From the IMG/VR virus record IMGVR_UViG_2912101750_000002: a DNA stretch of 64,000 nucleotides. One strand, 5' to 3'. Numbering within the stretch: position 1 is the stretch's first letter; every line of letters starts with the position of its first letter. A program made the translations under genes and the position numbers. A model generated the notes under the pieces. The model saw nothing but the letters and a program-made list of their open reading frames with translations, had not been told where the DNA came from and searched no databases. The DNA comes from a virus. Lineage: Duplodnaviria > Caudoviricetes. Of this stretch, positions 1-8,558 are shown in pieces.

Positions 1-30
1 GCTGTTCGCTACGCTCCGGTATTCGAATAC

Positions 31-504
31 ATGTTCGTGCTGAGCAAAGGAGCGCCAAAGACCTTCAACCCGATCAAAGACAAGCCTAACAAGTGGGCGG
101 GAGACGTACGCAAACACGTCATGAACCGCCAAGCCGATGGGACGACCACACCAAGCAAGGGGTATGTTCTTGGTGCTTTTGGGCAGCGGTACAACATATG
201 GGACATGCCGCCGCAGAGGCAGCGTGGCGAGAGTAAGCACCCTGCACCGTTTCCAGAATCGCTCGCTCGCGACCATATCCTGAGTTGGTCGAATCCTGGC
301 GACGTCGTGCTGGATCCATTTCTAGGCAGCGGCACAACTGGCAAGATGGCAGTCGCGGCTGGCCGCAAGTTTGTGGGTATCGAGATAAGCGACGAGTATC
401 TAGCCATCGCTCGCCAGCGCATTTGCGGCCCCGTTGTTGCTCCGCAACAGCCAGCCGCAGATAATGACAATCACTTGCCGGACCTATTCGCCCTCACAGC
501 CTAA
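31..504 (+). CDS. DNA N4-C/N6-A methyltransferase, C-terminal part (5' end outside window)
   Basis: KHPAPFPESL and VLDPFLGSGTT motifs, GIEIS; paralog of 62768..63565. Confidence 0.9.
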   Translation: MFVLSKGAPKTFNPIKDKPNKWAGDVRKHVMNRQADGTTTPSKGYVLGAFGQRYNIWDMPPQRQRGESKHPAPFPESLARDHILSWSNPGDVVLDPFLGSGTTGKMAVAAGRKFVGIEISDEYLAIARQRICGPVVAPQQPAADNDNHLPDLFALTA

Positions 505-814
505 GCGTTACGGCGCGTTACCGGTGGCGCTTGTGGGCTTGACGTGGTGGCCAATGGCCACTATATGTGACGTATCGAAACGGGAGATACGGACATGGCA
601 AACCCCAACAGAGCGGCAGCAGAACATCGCAGGCGTGTCGGTCGCGACCCCAAGGCCGTTGCCGCCGTTGCGGAGCGCATGTCCAAGGACGAAATGGTTC
701 AGGACATGGGCAAGTTTCAGCGAGGCGAAATGTCGGCTGAAAAGTTCATGGCCAAGTGGCAGCCGAAGGAATGACACAATCGTGCCGCTCTCGGGTATTT
801 GGAAAGGGAATAAG

Positions 815-1291
815 ATGACTGACATTCAGAACGCCCCGCTACCTTGGACACACGACAAGGCAGTCGGCTATATCAATGACGCCAACGGCAAGCACCTGAT
901 CAATTGCGCTCGCGCCGTTCTGGCGCGGTCTTCTGGAATGGCTGAGTTCGGCGACAGAGTGACCGTTGCTGTCAATATGCATGAGGCGCTGGTGACTGCG
1001 TTGAGCGAAGCGATATCCCACTTCGACACGCCGCGAATGATGCCTCCAGAGACGCGCGCCGTTTTGGACAAGATGCACGCCGCACTAGACATGATTCCTA
1101 GTGATGGCGGCACGCCGTGCGCCTCGCTTCCGACACTCGAAGATGCTGCCAACGCAGCTCGCATTCTGCTTCTTTGCAATGGACACGATCTGTCAACGTG
1201 GACAGACGACATGTGGCCAAGCGATGATATGCAGGAGGCGTTGAAATCTATCGCTAGTCATGCGAACCAACCCAACGCACAAGTAGCATGA
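815..1291 (+). CDS. hypothetical phage protein
   Basis: ATG at 815 after GGAAAGGG; stop overlaps next ATG (ATGA). Confidence 0.65.
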   Translation: MTDIQNAPLPWTHDKAVGYINDANGKHLINCARAVLARSSGMAEFGDRVTVAVNMHEALVTALSEAISHFDTPRMMPPETRAVLDKMHAALDMIPSDGGTPCASLPTLEDAANAARILLLCNGHDLSTWTDDMWPSDDMQEALKSIASHANQPNAQVA

Positions 1292-1515
1292 CACCCACCG
1301 AATACCGGGCCACGCTCAAGCGGCTCGGTCTATCGCATAATCGCGCGGCACCGCTGTTGGGTGTCGACCTTAGAACCAGCAAGCGGTGGTCTAGCGGCGA
1401 ACGTGCCATACCCCCACCCCTAGCCCGCCTGCTCGCCTACATCGAGAAATACGGTGTGGAACTTGCCAGGGAATTTGTGGAAAGGGAGAAAGACGATGGG
1501 CTGGAAAAAGATTGA
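1288..1515 (+). CDS. small XRE-like helix-turn-helix protein
   Basis: LGLSHNRAAPLLGVDLRTSKRWSSGERAIP matches Cro/XRE HTH pattern. Confidence 0.8.
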   Translation: MTPTEYRATLKRLGLSHNRAAPLLGVDLRTSKRWSSGERAIPPPLARLLAYIEKYGVELAREFVEREKDDGLEKD

Positions 1516-1729
1516 TAGCGCACCAAAGGACGGCAGCATCATTCGAGTTAAGCGCATATACGAAGGTAGCGTCGTATACGACGGACCTGCTGCATGGCGA
1601 ACCGTGCGCTTCGATTCATTGACCGACCCTCTCACAGGGCAGCAGTACGCCGAAGCTGAGCACGCTACGGGCTGGATGCGCGTCGACAGCGAGCATCGCG
1701 TACCGGAGCCTACGCACTGGTTCGCCTAG
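1496..1729 (+). CDS. DUF551-like phage protein
   Basis: MGWKKIDSAPKDG...PTHW termini typical of this family. Confidence 0.65.
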   Translation: MGWKKIDSAPKDGSIIRVKRIYEGSVVYDGPAAWRTVRFDSLTDPLTGQQYAEAEHATGWMRVDSEHRVPEPTHWFA

Positions 1730-1783
1730 CTACGGGGTTGGGTTGGCGAAAGAGATGATGGCCGCAGAGGCCAAGGAGGAATA

Positions 1784-1987
1784 ATGGAAGACGACAAGAT
1801 TGACGATTTGATTTTTGCTCTTGGTGATCAAAATGAGACGCGGGAAACCATCGACGCGCTCGTGGCTGCGCTTGAGGACGCTCGCGACCACATCATTGGC
1901 AGCACTGGCGCGAGAGAAGGCAGCGACAGCGCCGACGTCGTTCGTCGCATCGACGCCGCACTTGCGCTTGCGCGCGGAGGGAAGTGA
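1784..1987 (+). CDS. hypothetical protein
   Basis: strong SD AGGAGG upstream; coupled to next gene. Confidence 0.65.
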   Translation: MEDDKIDDLIFALGDQNETRETIDALVAALEDARDHIIGSTGAREGSDSADVVRRIDAALALARGGK

Positions 1988-2097
1988 TGGACTGGGCATT
2001 AATCGGGAAGCTTCTGCTGATTTGTTTCATGGTCGGCGGCATGTCGCTTGTGTATTGGCTGCTGCATCCATCATGGCTGGAGGACGAAGACCAATGA
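1987..2097 (+). CDS. 36-aa membrane peptide (not in ORF track)
   Basis: MDWALIGKLLLICFMVGGMSLVYWLLHPSWLEDEDQ; TGATG and ATGA overlaps on both sides. Confidence 0.6.
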   Translation: MDWALIGKLLLICFMVGGMSLVYWLLHPSWLEDEDQ

Positions 2098-2273
2098 CCC
2101 TAGAATCCCTAGCCCGCACGATCGCCAAAGCCAGGCACGGCACGGACGAATTCTGGATACAGTTCATGCCGGCCGCAGAGGCTGCGGTGAGGGCTCTGGC
2201 AGATGCGGCAGAGAAGGAGATGTCCAGCGCCTACGTCTGGCTGGATGAAATTTTAGAGACTGCCGCTCCATAA
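2094..2273 (+). CDS. hypothetical protein
   Basis: GGAGG upstream, ATGA overlap, followed by terminator. Confidence 0.6.
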   Translation: MTLESLARTIAKARHGTDEFWIQFMPAAEAAVRALADAAEKEMSSAYVWLDEILETAAP

Positions 2274-2276
2274 CCT

Positions 2277-2300
2277 ACCCGTTTTGGCGGGTTTCTTTTT
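2277..2300 (+). terminator. rho-independent terminator
   Basis: ACCCG-TTTTGG-CGGGT hairpin plus TTCTTTTT. Confidence 0.6.
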
Positions 2301-2345
2301 ATCCACCGCTAGGAATTTATTCACATGTGTGTTAGCTTCCCACGC

Positions 2346-2585
2346 ATGGAACTCACCGAACTCGTCACCGACAAATCCTATTGGGAAATCCGATTCGAGG
2401 ACATCCCGCCAACAACGCAACTCGGCGCCCGCTGTGGGTGCTGCGGCCACGAAGCTCCGGTTGATTACGCCAGGCTGAAAACCAGATCCCAAGAAGCCTA
2501 TCTGCGCTTTGCCGCCCGCTACGTCAGGTGCACGAAATGCCGCAACCTGTACCACAATCGGATATTCGTCTTTGCTAAAGTATAG
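2346..2585 (+). CDS. small zinc-ribbon protein
   Basis: CGCCGH and CTKC motifs. Confidence 0.65.
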   Translation: MELTELVTDKSYWEIRFEDIPPTTQLGARCGCCGHEAPVDYARLKTRSQEAYLRFAARYVRCTKCRNLYHNRIFVFAKV

Positions 2586-2963
2586 TTGCCGTTAACTATC
2601 ATTGTGTCGTTTGGGGCACAACCCTTGAAGCAATACTGGTCTGACCAGTTAGCCCTTGCGCACGTTAAGCAAATATAACAGTGTGTAACCGGGCTTGATA
2701 ACCCGGCTTGAGATAGGCGCGAGACAGGCGCCGAATTGTGCGCCTGCTTGGCAGCGGCGCATCACCTGGCTTTGGCCGGGAGCGGTGCGCTATGTCCAAG
2801 CTCGTCTGGTTCCGGCCAGCGGCCAAAAGCCTCCGGCTCGTTCTCAACGGGTTATCAACTCCCGGCTTGCCCGCCACGAGGCAAGTCGACAAAGCATTGA
2901 GATGCGGACTGGTGCGCTGTGTGTGCGTGCGCACCCAAAGGCAACAATAAAAGGTTTGGGATT

Positions 2964-3284
2964 ATGAACGCAATGGTAATGCCAGAAACGGCAACCGAGG
3001 GCGGTGACGTCGGATGGAAGCAAGACGAAGATACTGATTGGCGATTCAAGCTAGGGCAGTGCGTATCGCATATTAGCCAAAACATGCCGTCGCTTGTGAT
3101 GACGAGGGTACGCACAAGTCGCGGCGTAGAGGTCTACGGTGTTCGCTCCTTCGCAACCGTGGATCCGTGCAGAGATCGCATGATTTCCGGCGACAGCCTG
3201 ATTGACGTCACACCAGGCAGCACACCGTGCCTGCAGTGCTTGCTGCATCAAACTGGTATGTGTCCTGGCGATAGGAAGGACTAG
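2964..3284 (+). CDS. hypothetical Cys-containing protein
   Basis: ORF with KFKLGQCV-like SH3-type start and CLQC motif. Confidence 0.5.
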   Translation: MNAMVMPETATEGGDVGWKQDEDTDWRFKLGQCVSHISQNMPSLVMTRVRTSRGVEVYGVRSFATVDPCRDRMISGDSLIDVTPGSTPCLQCLLHQTGMCPGDRKD

Positions 3285-3361
3285 CATTGCGGCCCGCCAG
3301 CCGCTTGCGGAGCTTGCTGTAGCAAGCTATAGGCCATGCGTGTTAATCGAGGGACATGCGC

Positions 3362-3769
3362 ATGGCCGCCACTATCGACAAACTACGACCAGACCTTTTG
3401 ACAAAGTCGGACGCCGAACTCGAGCGGCTGGCCGCAGAGATTGCTATGGCGCAAGCTGAGAAGAAGCGACTGGCTGATATCGCAGCCAAGGAAGAGCTAG
3501 CCGCAGAGGCGGCTACGCGCGTTGAGCGCGTGGTGGCTGACATCAAATGGCTTCATGACAATGGATTGCTGCCTGACCGGGTGGCGCAAGGCTTTAGCCG
3601 CGGCGATGGCATGTTCGTGCCTGGCATGATCCTGCGGGCGCCGACTGCGGAGTCGTTGGTCCCGCGAGCCGCCAAGCCGGCACGCGAAAAGAAGTTCCGT
3701 CGGCGGAAAGATCCGAAGACGGGCGAGTATGTGGCTAGCAAGGCTGCCAAGAAGGCTGGCGTGGCTTAA
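3362..3769 (+). CDS. coiled-coil basic protein, H-NS/HvrA-like architecture
   Basis: N-terminal SDAELERLAAEI coiled coil; basic C-terminus KFRRRKDPKTGE. Confidence 0.6.
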   Translation: MAATIDKLRPDLLTKSDAELERLAAEIAMAQAEKKRLADIAAKEELAAEAATRVERVVADIKWLHDNGLLPDRVAQGFSRGDGMFVPGMILRAPTAESLVPRAAKPAREKKFRRRKDPKTGEYVASKAAKKAGVA

Positions 3770-3771
3770 CG

Positions 3772-3804
3772 AAAAAGCCGCCACAACCTTTCGGAAGTGG
3801 CGGC
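3772..3804 (-). terminator. rho-independent terminator of leftward accessory operon
   Basis: GCCGCCAC/GTGGCGGC stem plus T5 on minus strand. Confidence 0.8.
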
Positions 3805-3808
3805 GCAT

Positions 3809-3890
3809 GATGAAACGGGCAGGATTCGAACCTGCTATCTAAGGCCGCCGAAGCGTCCCACGCTGTACCCGCCAAGCTCCACGTTTCATC
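3809..3890 (-). ncRNA. tRNA-like RNA lacking an anticodon loop
   Basis: perfect T-arm GCAGG-TTCGAAT-CCTGC; terminal stem GATGAAACG/CGTTTCATC; C(TTCG)G tetraloop in anticodon position. Confidence 0.6.
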
Positions 3891-3897
3891 TTGGTTA

Positions 3898-4527
3898 TTA
3901 TCCCCACCTCACCAGCGCTTCGTCAACCTTGCTGTAAAGCGCAAGTATGTCGCTCTCATTCGAAATCACAATGTCCGGAATGAAGTCCATGCGCTCCGAC
4001 TCGTGCGCTCCGGCAAGCCCCCCGCGACCAATGATGCGGTAGATGTCGCCGCCCATCTTGCGCACTGTTGCCGCCTCATTCGGGAAGCGACAGTCGTCAA
4101 CTACCACGCGGCCTCCGTCCTCGATGACCGCATTAGCTGCTGCACGCCACAGGCCAGTCCAGAACTCCTCGCCGATGATGTTGCGGCCCCACTCGGTGCC
4201 GATCGTCTGCATGGCGTAACGCGGTGTATGCCCGCAGAGCAAGTCGCACGGCACCTCCTTCAGGTCGCCTTCAATCTGCTTGGCGGATAGCCCTAGCGCG
4301 GCCATGGCGGCCTTCAGCGGCCCAGCAAAGCGGACGCGCGTGTAGCCGTGGATGTCTTGTAGATACTCAGCGACGGTGCTCTTGCCGCTGCCTGCTACGC
4401 CGCTAAGGGCGACGATGAGCGGGAGTTTGTCGACGTTGTGGTGATAGTGCGAGGCGGGGGGCGGCTTGACGTTATCGTTAGCTGGAATGAACCCCCAAGG
4501 CGTGTAAAATTCTGCAAAGCCGGTCAT
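3898..4527 (-). CDS. deoxynucleoside monophosphate kinase
   Basis: GVAGSGKST P-loop, FAGPLK, TPRYAMQTIGTEWGR, DDCRFPNE, HESE. Confidence 0.9.
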   Translation of the reverse strand: MTGFAEFYTPWGFIPANDNVKPPPASHYHHNVDKLPLIVALSGVAGSGKSTVAEYLQDIHGYTRVRFAGPLKAAMAALGLSAKQIEGDLKEVPCDLLCGHTPRYAMQTIGTEWGRNIIGEEFWTGLWRAAANAVIEDGGRVVVDDCRFPNEAATVRKMGGDIYRIIGRGGLAGAHESERMDFIPDIVISNESDILALYSKVDEALVRWG

Positions 4528-4967
4528 GCCGCCTCCTTCACAATCGTCTTGTCGAGAAGATAGCAGAGCGCGCGATTGTATTTCGCCATGCGCGTGGCGT
4601 AGTCTGGATCGTTGGCTGGCCGTCGGCTTGGATCCATGTTGTCGTTCAGGTCGGCAATCTTCACCATCTTGCCGATAGGGTTGGCCTTGGCGCGCGCGAC
4701 GTAGTCGAAATAATCTTCGCCTTCGCGGCGAGTAACAGAGTCGACCGCCTCTATCACCTCGATGCTGAAGCCTCCATCGTGGATGTTGTACCATCCGAAT
4801 GCGTCATCTTCTGCTACGTCATGCAGAACGCCAACGATGCGCGACACGTCATCGGTCTGCGCAAGCATGACGCGCAAAGGATGAAGGATATACGGCTCCC
4901 CGCTCTTATCGACTTGGCCTTCGTGTGCGCTCGCCGCCACCTGGATTGCCGTAGATAGACCCATCAC
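4524..4967 (-). CDS. HD-domain (p)ppGpp hydrolase-like protein (SpoT-HD/Mesh1-like)
   Basis: AHEGQVDKSGEPYILHP, LHDVAED, VKIADLNDN. Confidence 0.8.
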   Translation of the reverse strand: MMGLSTAIQVAASAHEGQVDKSGEPYILHPLRVMLAQTDDVSRIVGVLHDVAEDDAFGWYNIHDGGFSIEVIEAVDSVTRREGEDYFDYVARAKANPIGKMVKIADLNDNMDPSRRPANDPDYATRMAKYNRALCYLLDKTIVKEAA

Positions 4968-5365
4968 TCAATCTCCACTTTCGTCTTCTCTCTCGACGGC
5001 GCACGAACCGGCAGTTTCTTGCCACGGCGCGGACCTTCTGGTGCGTCGATGGTTCTTGTTGGATCTGCGGCGATCGACCGAAACACCGCAATCGTATCCT
5101 TGACCAGCGGACGAAACCGCTTGGCGTTGTATGGTGCGTCTGGCTGACCCCATGCCTCACCAAATCCTGAGTTGACGCCCTCAAGCTTCACGCCAAGATA
5201 ATCGCCAAAGACGTAGTGCGTAGCCATGCCTACCCACCGTAGACGATATATAGTGCCTTCCGTGATGTTGGCGTCCTTGACTGACGTGCCGTCGGCGAGC
5301 GGCACTTGATCGTCAATGCAGATGACTTCTTGGCCGGGGTATAGGTCGCTTCGGGATTCGGTCAT
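4964..5365 (-). CDS. hypothetical phage protein
   Basis: translationally coupled ORF in operon. Confidence 0.65.
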   Translation of the reverse strand: MTESRSDLYPGQEVICIDDQVPLADGTSVKDANITEGTIYRLRWVGMATHYVFGDYLGVKLEGVNSGFGEAWGQPDAPYNAKRFRPLVKDTIAVFRSIAADPTRTIDAPEGPRRGKKLPVRAPSREKTKVEIE

Positions 5366-5562
5366 GTGAGAAACACCCCATCAATCTTGTTCTTGCCGCG
5401 AACGCCATTCGGGTCGCGCGGGTACACCTCCATGCCTTCAACGTCGGTAACACAGATGTTCGATAAAGGACTGTCGTCCATCAGTTGTCCGCCAGTGATG
5501 CGGATGTCGCCATAAATGGCTTTGATCTTTTCAAGCTCGCGCACCGTCTCAGAGATTTTCAC
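5362..5562 (-). CDS. hypothetical protein
   Basis: coupled ORF. Confidence 0.55.
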   Translation of the reverse strand: MKISETVRELEKIKAIYGDIRITGGQLMDDSPLSNICVTDVEGMEVYPRDPNGVRGKNKIDGVFLT

Positions 5563-6356
5563 CCCGCCACCCCCATCTTTTGAAGCATCACATACGTCTT
5601 CAGGAAAGCGTCCTCAGCCTGCTCCGGCGACCAGAACTGCAACTCGACTCCCAGCGGATCATTGTGCTTTGCGTGCCAGGCCATCGGACGCATGTTGACC
5701 AACTCGTCGCCAATTATCCGGTTGTCTGCCTCGTGAACTACGTCCGGCATGACTTCCGGCAAGCCGAACCGTGCCGCGATCACTTTCCATAGTGCCGCCT
5801 CGTGCCGTTGATACTCAGGCAGGCTGCGCTTGACCGGGCGCGGCATGTCCACCAAATAGGCCTCTGTCGCGTCGTGCAGCAGGCCGCAAAGAGCGTCTGC
5901 TGCGGGGCCGTGCCACCATATCCAGTTGGCAATCAGGACCGAATGCTCAGCCACGCTGTAGAACTGCTTGCAGTGGCCGGCAAATCTACATTGCAGGCTA
6001 AGGCTGTGGGCGACGTCCTCGATGTGAACCTCGTCCTGACGGGCATCTAAGGGCCAGAACAGCCTAGCGGAAAAGGTCTGCAAAGTGTCGCCCTTGCGCT
6101 TTGTTGCGTCAGCAACCGTGCGCAAGTTGTCATTGGAGGGAAACGGGTCTAGGCCGATCAGACGCCTAGCACGGTTAACTGTCATCCTTCCCGATCTGAC
6201 TTCTGCCTCTAGGTCGAGTGGACGTATGGTATGTTCCTCCAAAGGCCCAAACGTCTCCTGCGCCGTCGTGTCGTGCTCGACGTAGCGGCGGGCGACGGAG
6301 TCCCAATACCGAATAGACCTTGGGTCGACTGGTGCAAAATCAATATGCATCCCCAT
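5559..6356 (-). CDS. YfbR-like HD 5'-deoxynucleotidase with N-terminal extension
   Basis: RFAGHCKQFYSVAEHS, LLHDATEAYLVDMPRPVK. Confidence 0.85.
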   Translation of the reverse strand: MGMHIDFAPVDPRSIRYWDSVARRYVEHDTTAQETFGPLEEHTIRPLDLEAEVRSGRMTVNRARRLIGLDPFPSNDNLRTVADATKRKGDTLQTFSARLFWPLDARQDEVHIEDVAHSLSLQCRFAGHCKQFYSVAEHSVLIANWIWWHGPAADALCGLLHDATEAYLVDMPRPVKRSLPEYQRHEAALWKVIAARFGLPEVMPDVVHEADNRIIGDELVNMRPMAWHAKHNDPLGVELQFWSPEQAEDAFLKTYVMLQKMGVAG

Positions 6357-6568
6357 CACGCAACACCTGCAATCTCTAGGCGCTTTCCGCCGTTGGCTGG
6401 ACCATAGTCGACAACCTTGACGTACCGACCATCCACAATCTTCACGCCGCGCATGGCACATGGGCAAAGCGGCTGGCCATTCTGTGGGCCGATGCAGCCG
6501 CACAGATGCACGTTGTCGTTCGCTGATGCCTGCCATCCGATCTTGTATGCATGCGGGTTGTGTTTCAC
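6356..6568 (-). CDS. small Cys-rich protein
   Basis: CGCIGPQNGQPLCPC; coupled. Confidence 0.65.
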   Translation of the reverse strand: MKHNPHAYKIGWQASANDNVHLCGCIGPQNGQPLCPCAMRGVKIVDGRYVKVVDYGPANGGKRLEIAGVA

Positions 6569-7827
6569 GCCGCCATCTCCTCTTTCCGATTGTCATTCAC
6601 GGAGGTTCGATAGCCGCCAACCATTCCTGGTGTGAGCGTCAACCGCGCCACCTCGCCGTGTCTCTTGCTGTACGTGATGACCTTTGCCGACCGCCCGGAC
6701 AGCCATCCGCCATTCGCAGCGTAGGCATCCGGTGCGGCAAGCGTCTCGTGCCGCTCGACCTTCATCAGGTTGGTCGACTTCAGTTCATCGGAATGCAGGT
6801 GACCAAGATGTGCGTAGGAGAACTTGGTCTTGCCGTACATCTCGCGGAATTTGCCAGCGAAGACAGAGTCGACATTTCCTATTTTACGCTTGTGACCGTG
6901 ATGCACGAAGATGGACACATCTCCATGCTCGTAGGCGTAATATGTGCCCGCAGAGCTATCGACTGTGACTCTCGGCTCATCCTCGAAGAACGACGCAAAC
7001 ATCTCACGCAACCAAGCCTCGCTTGCCGGGTCATGGTTGGCGTCGGCCATGATGATGTGCACGAATTCGTGCTTCTCGAGCAGCATTTTGATGACGCGAC
7101 GCAGCGTCCTGATGACGACGCGAATAACCTTCGGCAGACGGCTGTCCGCATCGAGGATGTGGCCGCTCGTTGGCGTCTTGGATTCGAAGCCGTCGTAGTG
7201 GAGCAGGTCGCCAATCTGCGCGAAGATTGCCGTCTGCGCAGGTGGCGCCAAGTCGATCGCTGCGGCAAACCAATCAAGCAAAAGCTTCTCGGCGATCGGC
7301 AGGTCGTAGTCGGCGCCGGTTTCCTCACGCCAGCTCAGCATTCCGAAATGCGCGTCGGTTACGGCATAGAGGTTGAGCAGTTCCGCAACGGTCGAACCTG
7401 GCGCAGGTGTCGGCGTGGCGCGCGGCAGTTCTTCCTTTAGCGCGTCTACTGCTGCCCGCATGGCGGCGAGCAGATACTCTTTTGACGGCTCGCTGATGCG
7501 CCAGCCTGCAATGCGTCGGCCTTCGCTATCAGTGAGAGCGGAATCGCGCTTAAGGGCGAAGCCCTCCGGGATCTCGTGTACCTCGCCGGCCGCCTTGGTC
7601 TGCTTCACCCAATGGCCGTCAACCTTGCTCGATACCGACTTGATGGCAAACCCATCAAGCACCGGCTTCGTTCCCATCATGCCGCGCTCTGCGGCAAGCC
7701 GGATATGACGCTGTACGGATTCCCTCGAAATGCCTTCCGCCTTAGCGGTTGCTGACTGGTTCTTGTCGTTTGCCAGGTATGCGGCCAGCGTGGCGGCAAC
7801 CCGCTCGTCTGTTACGGGAGGAGTCAA
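6565..7827 (-). CDS. HTH plus calcineurin-like metallophosphoesterase
   Basis: N-terminal HTH; DAHFG, GDLLH, ANHD, HHGH, GHLH. Confidence 0.8.
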   Translation of the reverse strand: MTPPVTDERVAATLAAYLANDKNQSATAKAEGISRESVQRHIRLAAERGMMGTKPVLDGFAIKSVSSKVDGHWVKQTKAAGEVHEIPEGFALKRDSALTDSEGRRIAGWRISEPSKEYLLAAMRAAVDALKEELPRATPTPAPGSTVAELLNLYAVTDAHFGMLSWREETGADYDLPIAEKLLLDWFAAAIDLAPPAQTAIFAQIGDLLHYDGFESKTPTSGHILDADSRLPKVIRVVIRTLRRVIKMLLEKHEFVHIIMADANHDPASEAWLREMFASFFEDEPRVTVDSSAGTYYAYEHGDVSIFVHHGHKRKIGNVDSVFAGKFREMYGKTKFSYAHLGHLHSDELKSTNLMKVERHETLAAPDAYAANGGWLSGRSAKVITYSKRHGEVARLTLTPGMVGGYRTSVNDNRKEEMAA

Positions 7828-8027
7828 TTGGCTGGTTCCTTGTTGGGAAAGCGCTTATCAAATTCCTTCAGGCAGATGTCCGCCCAAGACGTTGCTACTG
7901 TCGCGCTATTGCAGTTGCTGGCCGTAGCAACCGCAATCCATGTGTCGAGCCACGCGCGTTCCCGGCTTGGGACGTCTCTACTAATCCAACCCTCGTCTTT
8001 GCCGCTCAATCCGTCGGTCCCGCTCAT
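7824..8027 (-). CDS. hypothetical protein
   Basis: coupled ORF. Confidence 0.55.
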   Translation of the reverse strand: MSGTDGLSGKDEGWISRDVPSRERAWLDTWIAVATASNCNSATVATSWADICLKEFDKRFPNKEPAN

Positions 8028-8178
8028 CGTCAGTCTCCTTGCACCATTTCAAAGTCTCGCCGTAAGACCAGAGGCCACCCCTTGCATCGGCGAGCCAAAC
8101 CTTGCCGTCCTTGCGAGCAATAACCGGCCAGCAGTACGGCCATTCTGGTAGGCGGATGTAGTCGTTGGGTTGGATCAT
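7981..8178 (-). CDS. hypothetical protein
   Basis: coupled to upstream ORF by ATGA. Confidence 0.45.
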   Translation of the reverse strand: MIQPNDYIRLPEWPYCWPVIARKDGKVWLADARGGLWSYGETLKWCKETDDERDRRIERQRRGLD

Positions 8179-8558
8179 GCGGCGTCGAGGAAGTCGGCAA
8201 GCTCGTTGATAATGTTCGCAGCTGCGCGCATCTCTGCTGTGGTGTACTTGCGTAACTTCGGTGTCAGCATGGGCGTTCCATCTGGCGCTACCGACACAAT
8301 GCCGTAAACGCCAGATACTATCTCCTTACGTGTAACGGTGCGAACCGGGCCGGCAGCCGTTGCAAAATCGAAGCACTTTGGATTGACTGGTGGAGACTCG
8401 TTCGCGCCCGCTAGAACTTTCATGCACGTATCATCAAGATAGCTTATGACCAGCATTGGCTTGCGCGGAAGGTTGTAGGGGCTTCCCGCTGTATTTCCGA
8501 TATAACTCCCATCTTTTGGAACAACCATATCCCCAATCTTAAACTTAGCCATCATCAC
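8175..8558 (-). CDS. hypothetical phage protein
   Basis: KFKIGDMV start; coupled. Confidence 0.65.
   Translation of the reverse strand: MMMAKFKIGDMVVPKDGSYIGNTAGSPYNLPRKPMLVISYLDDTCMKVLAGANESPPVNPKCFDFATAAGPVRTVTRKEIVSGVYGIVSVAPDGTPMLTPKLRKYTTAEMRAAANIINELADFLDAA

Noticed and set aside
3809-3890. tmRNA or functional tRNA
   Set aside because: No G3:U70, tag reading frame, anticodon loop or CCA
5559-6356. DatZ/Z-genome pathway; portal-like GRMTVNRARRLIGL motif in the N-extension
   Set aside because: No purZ in the window; the motif is too short to support homology
6460-7440. Long plus-strand ORFs (also 9403..10374, 31676..32743)
   Set aside because: Antisense shadows of well-supported genes in GC-rich DNA; no motifs
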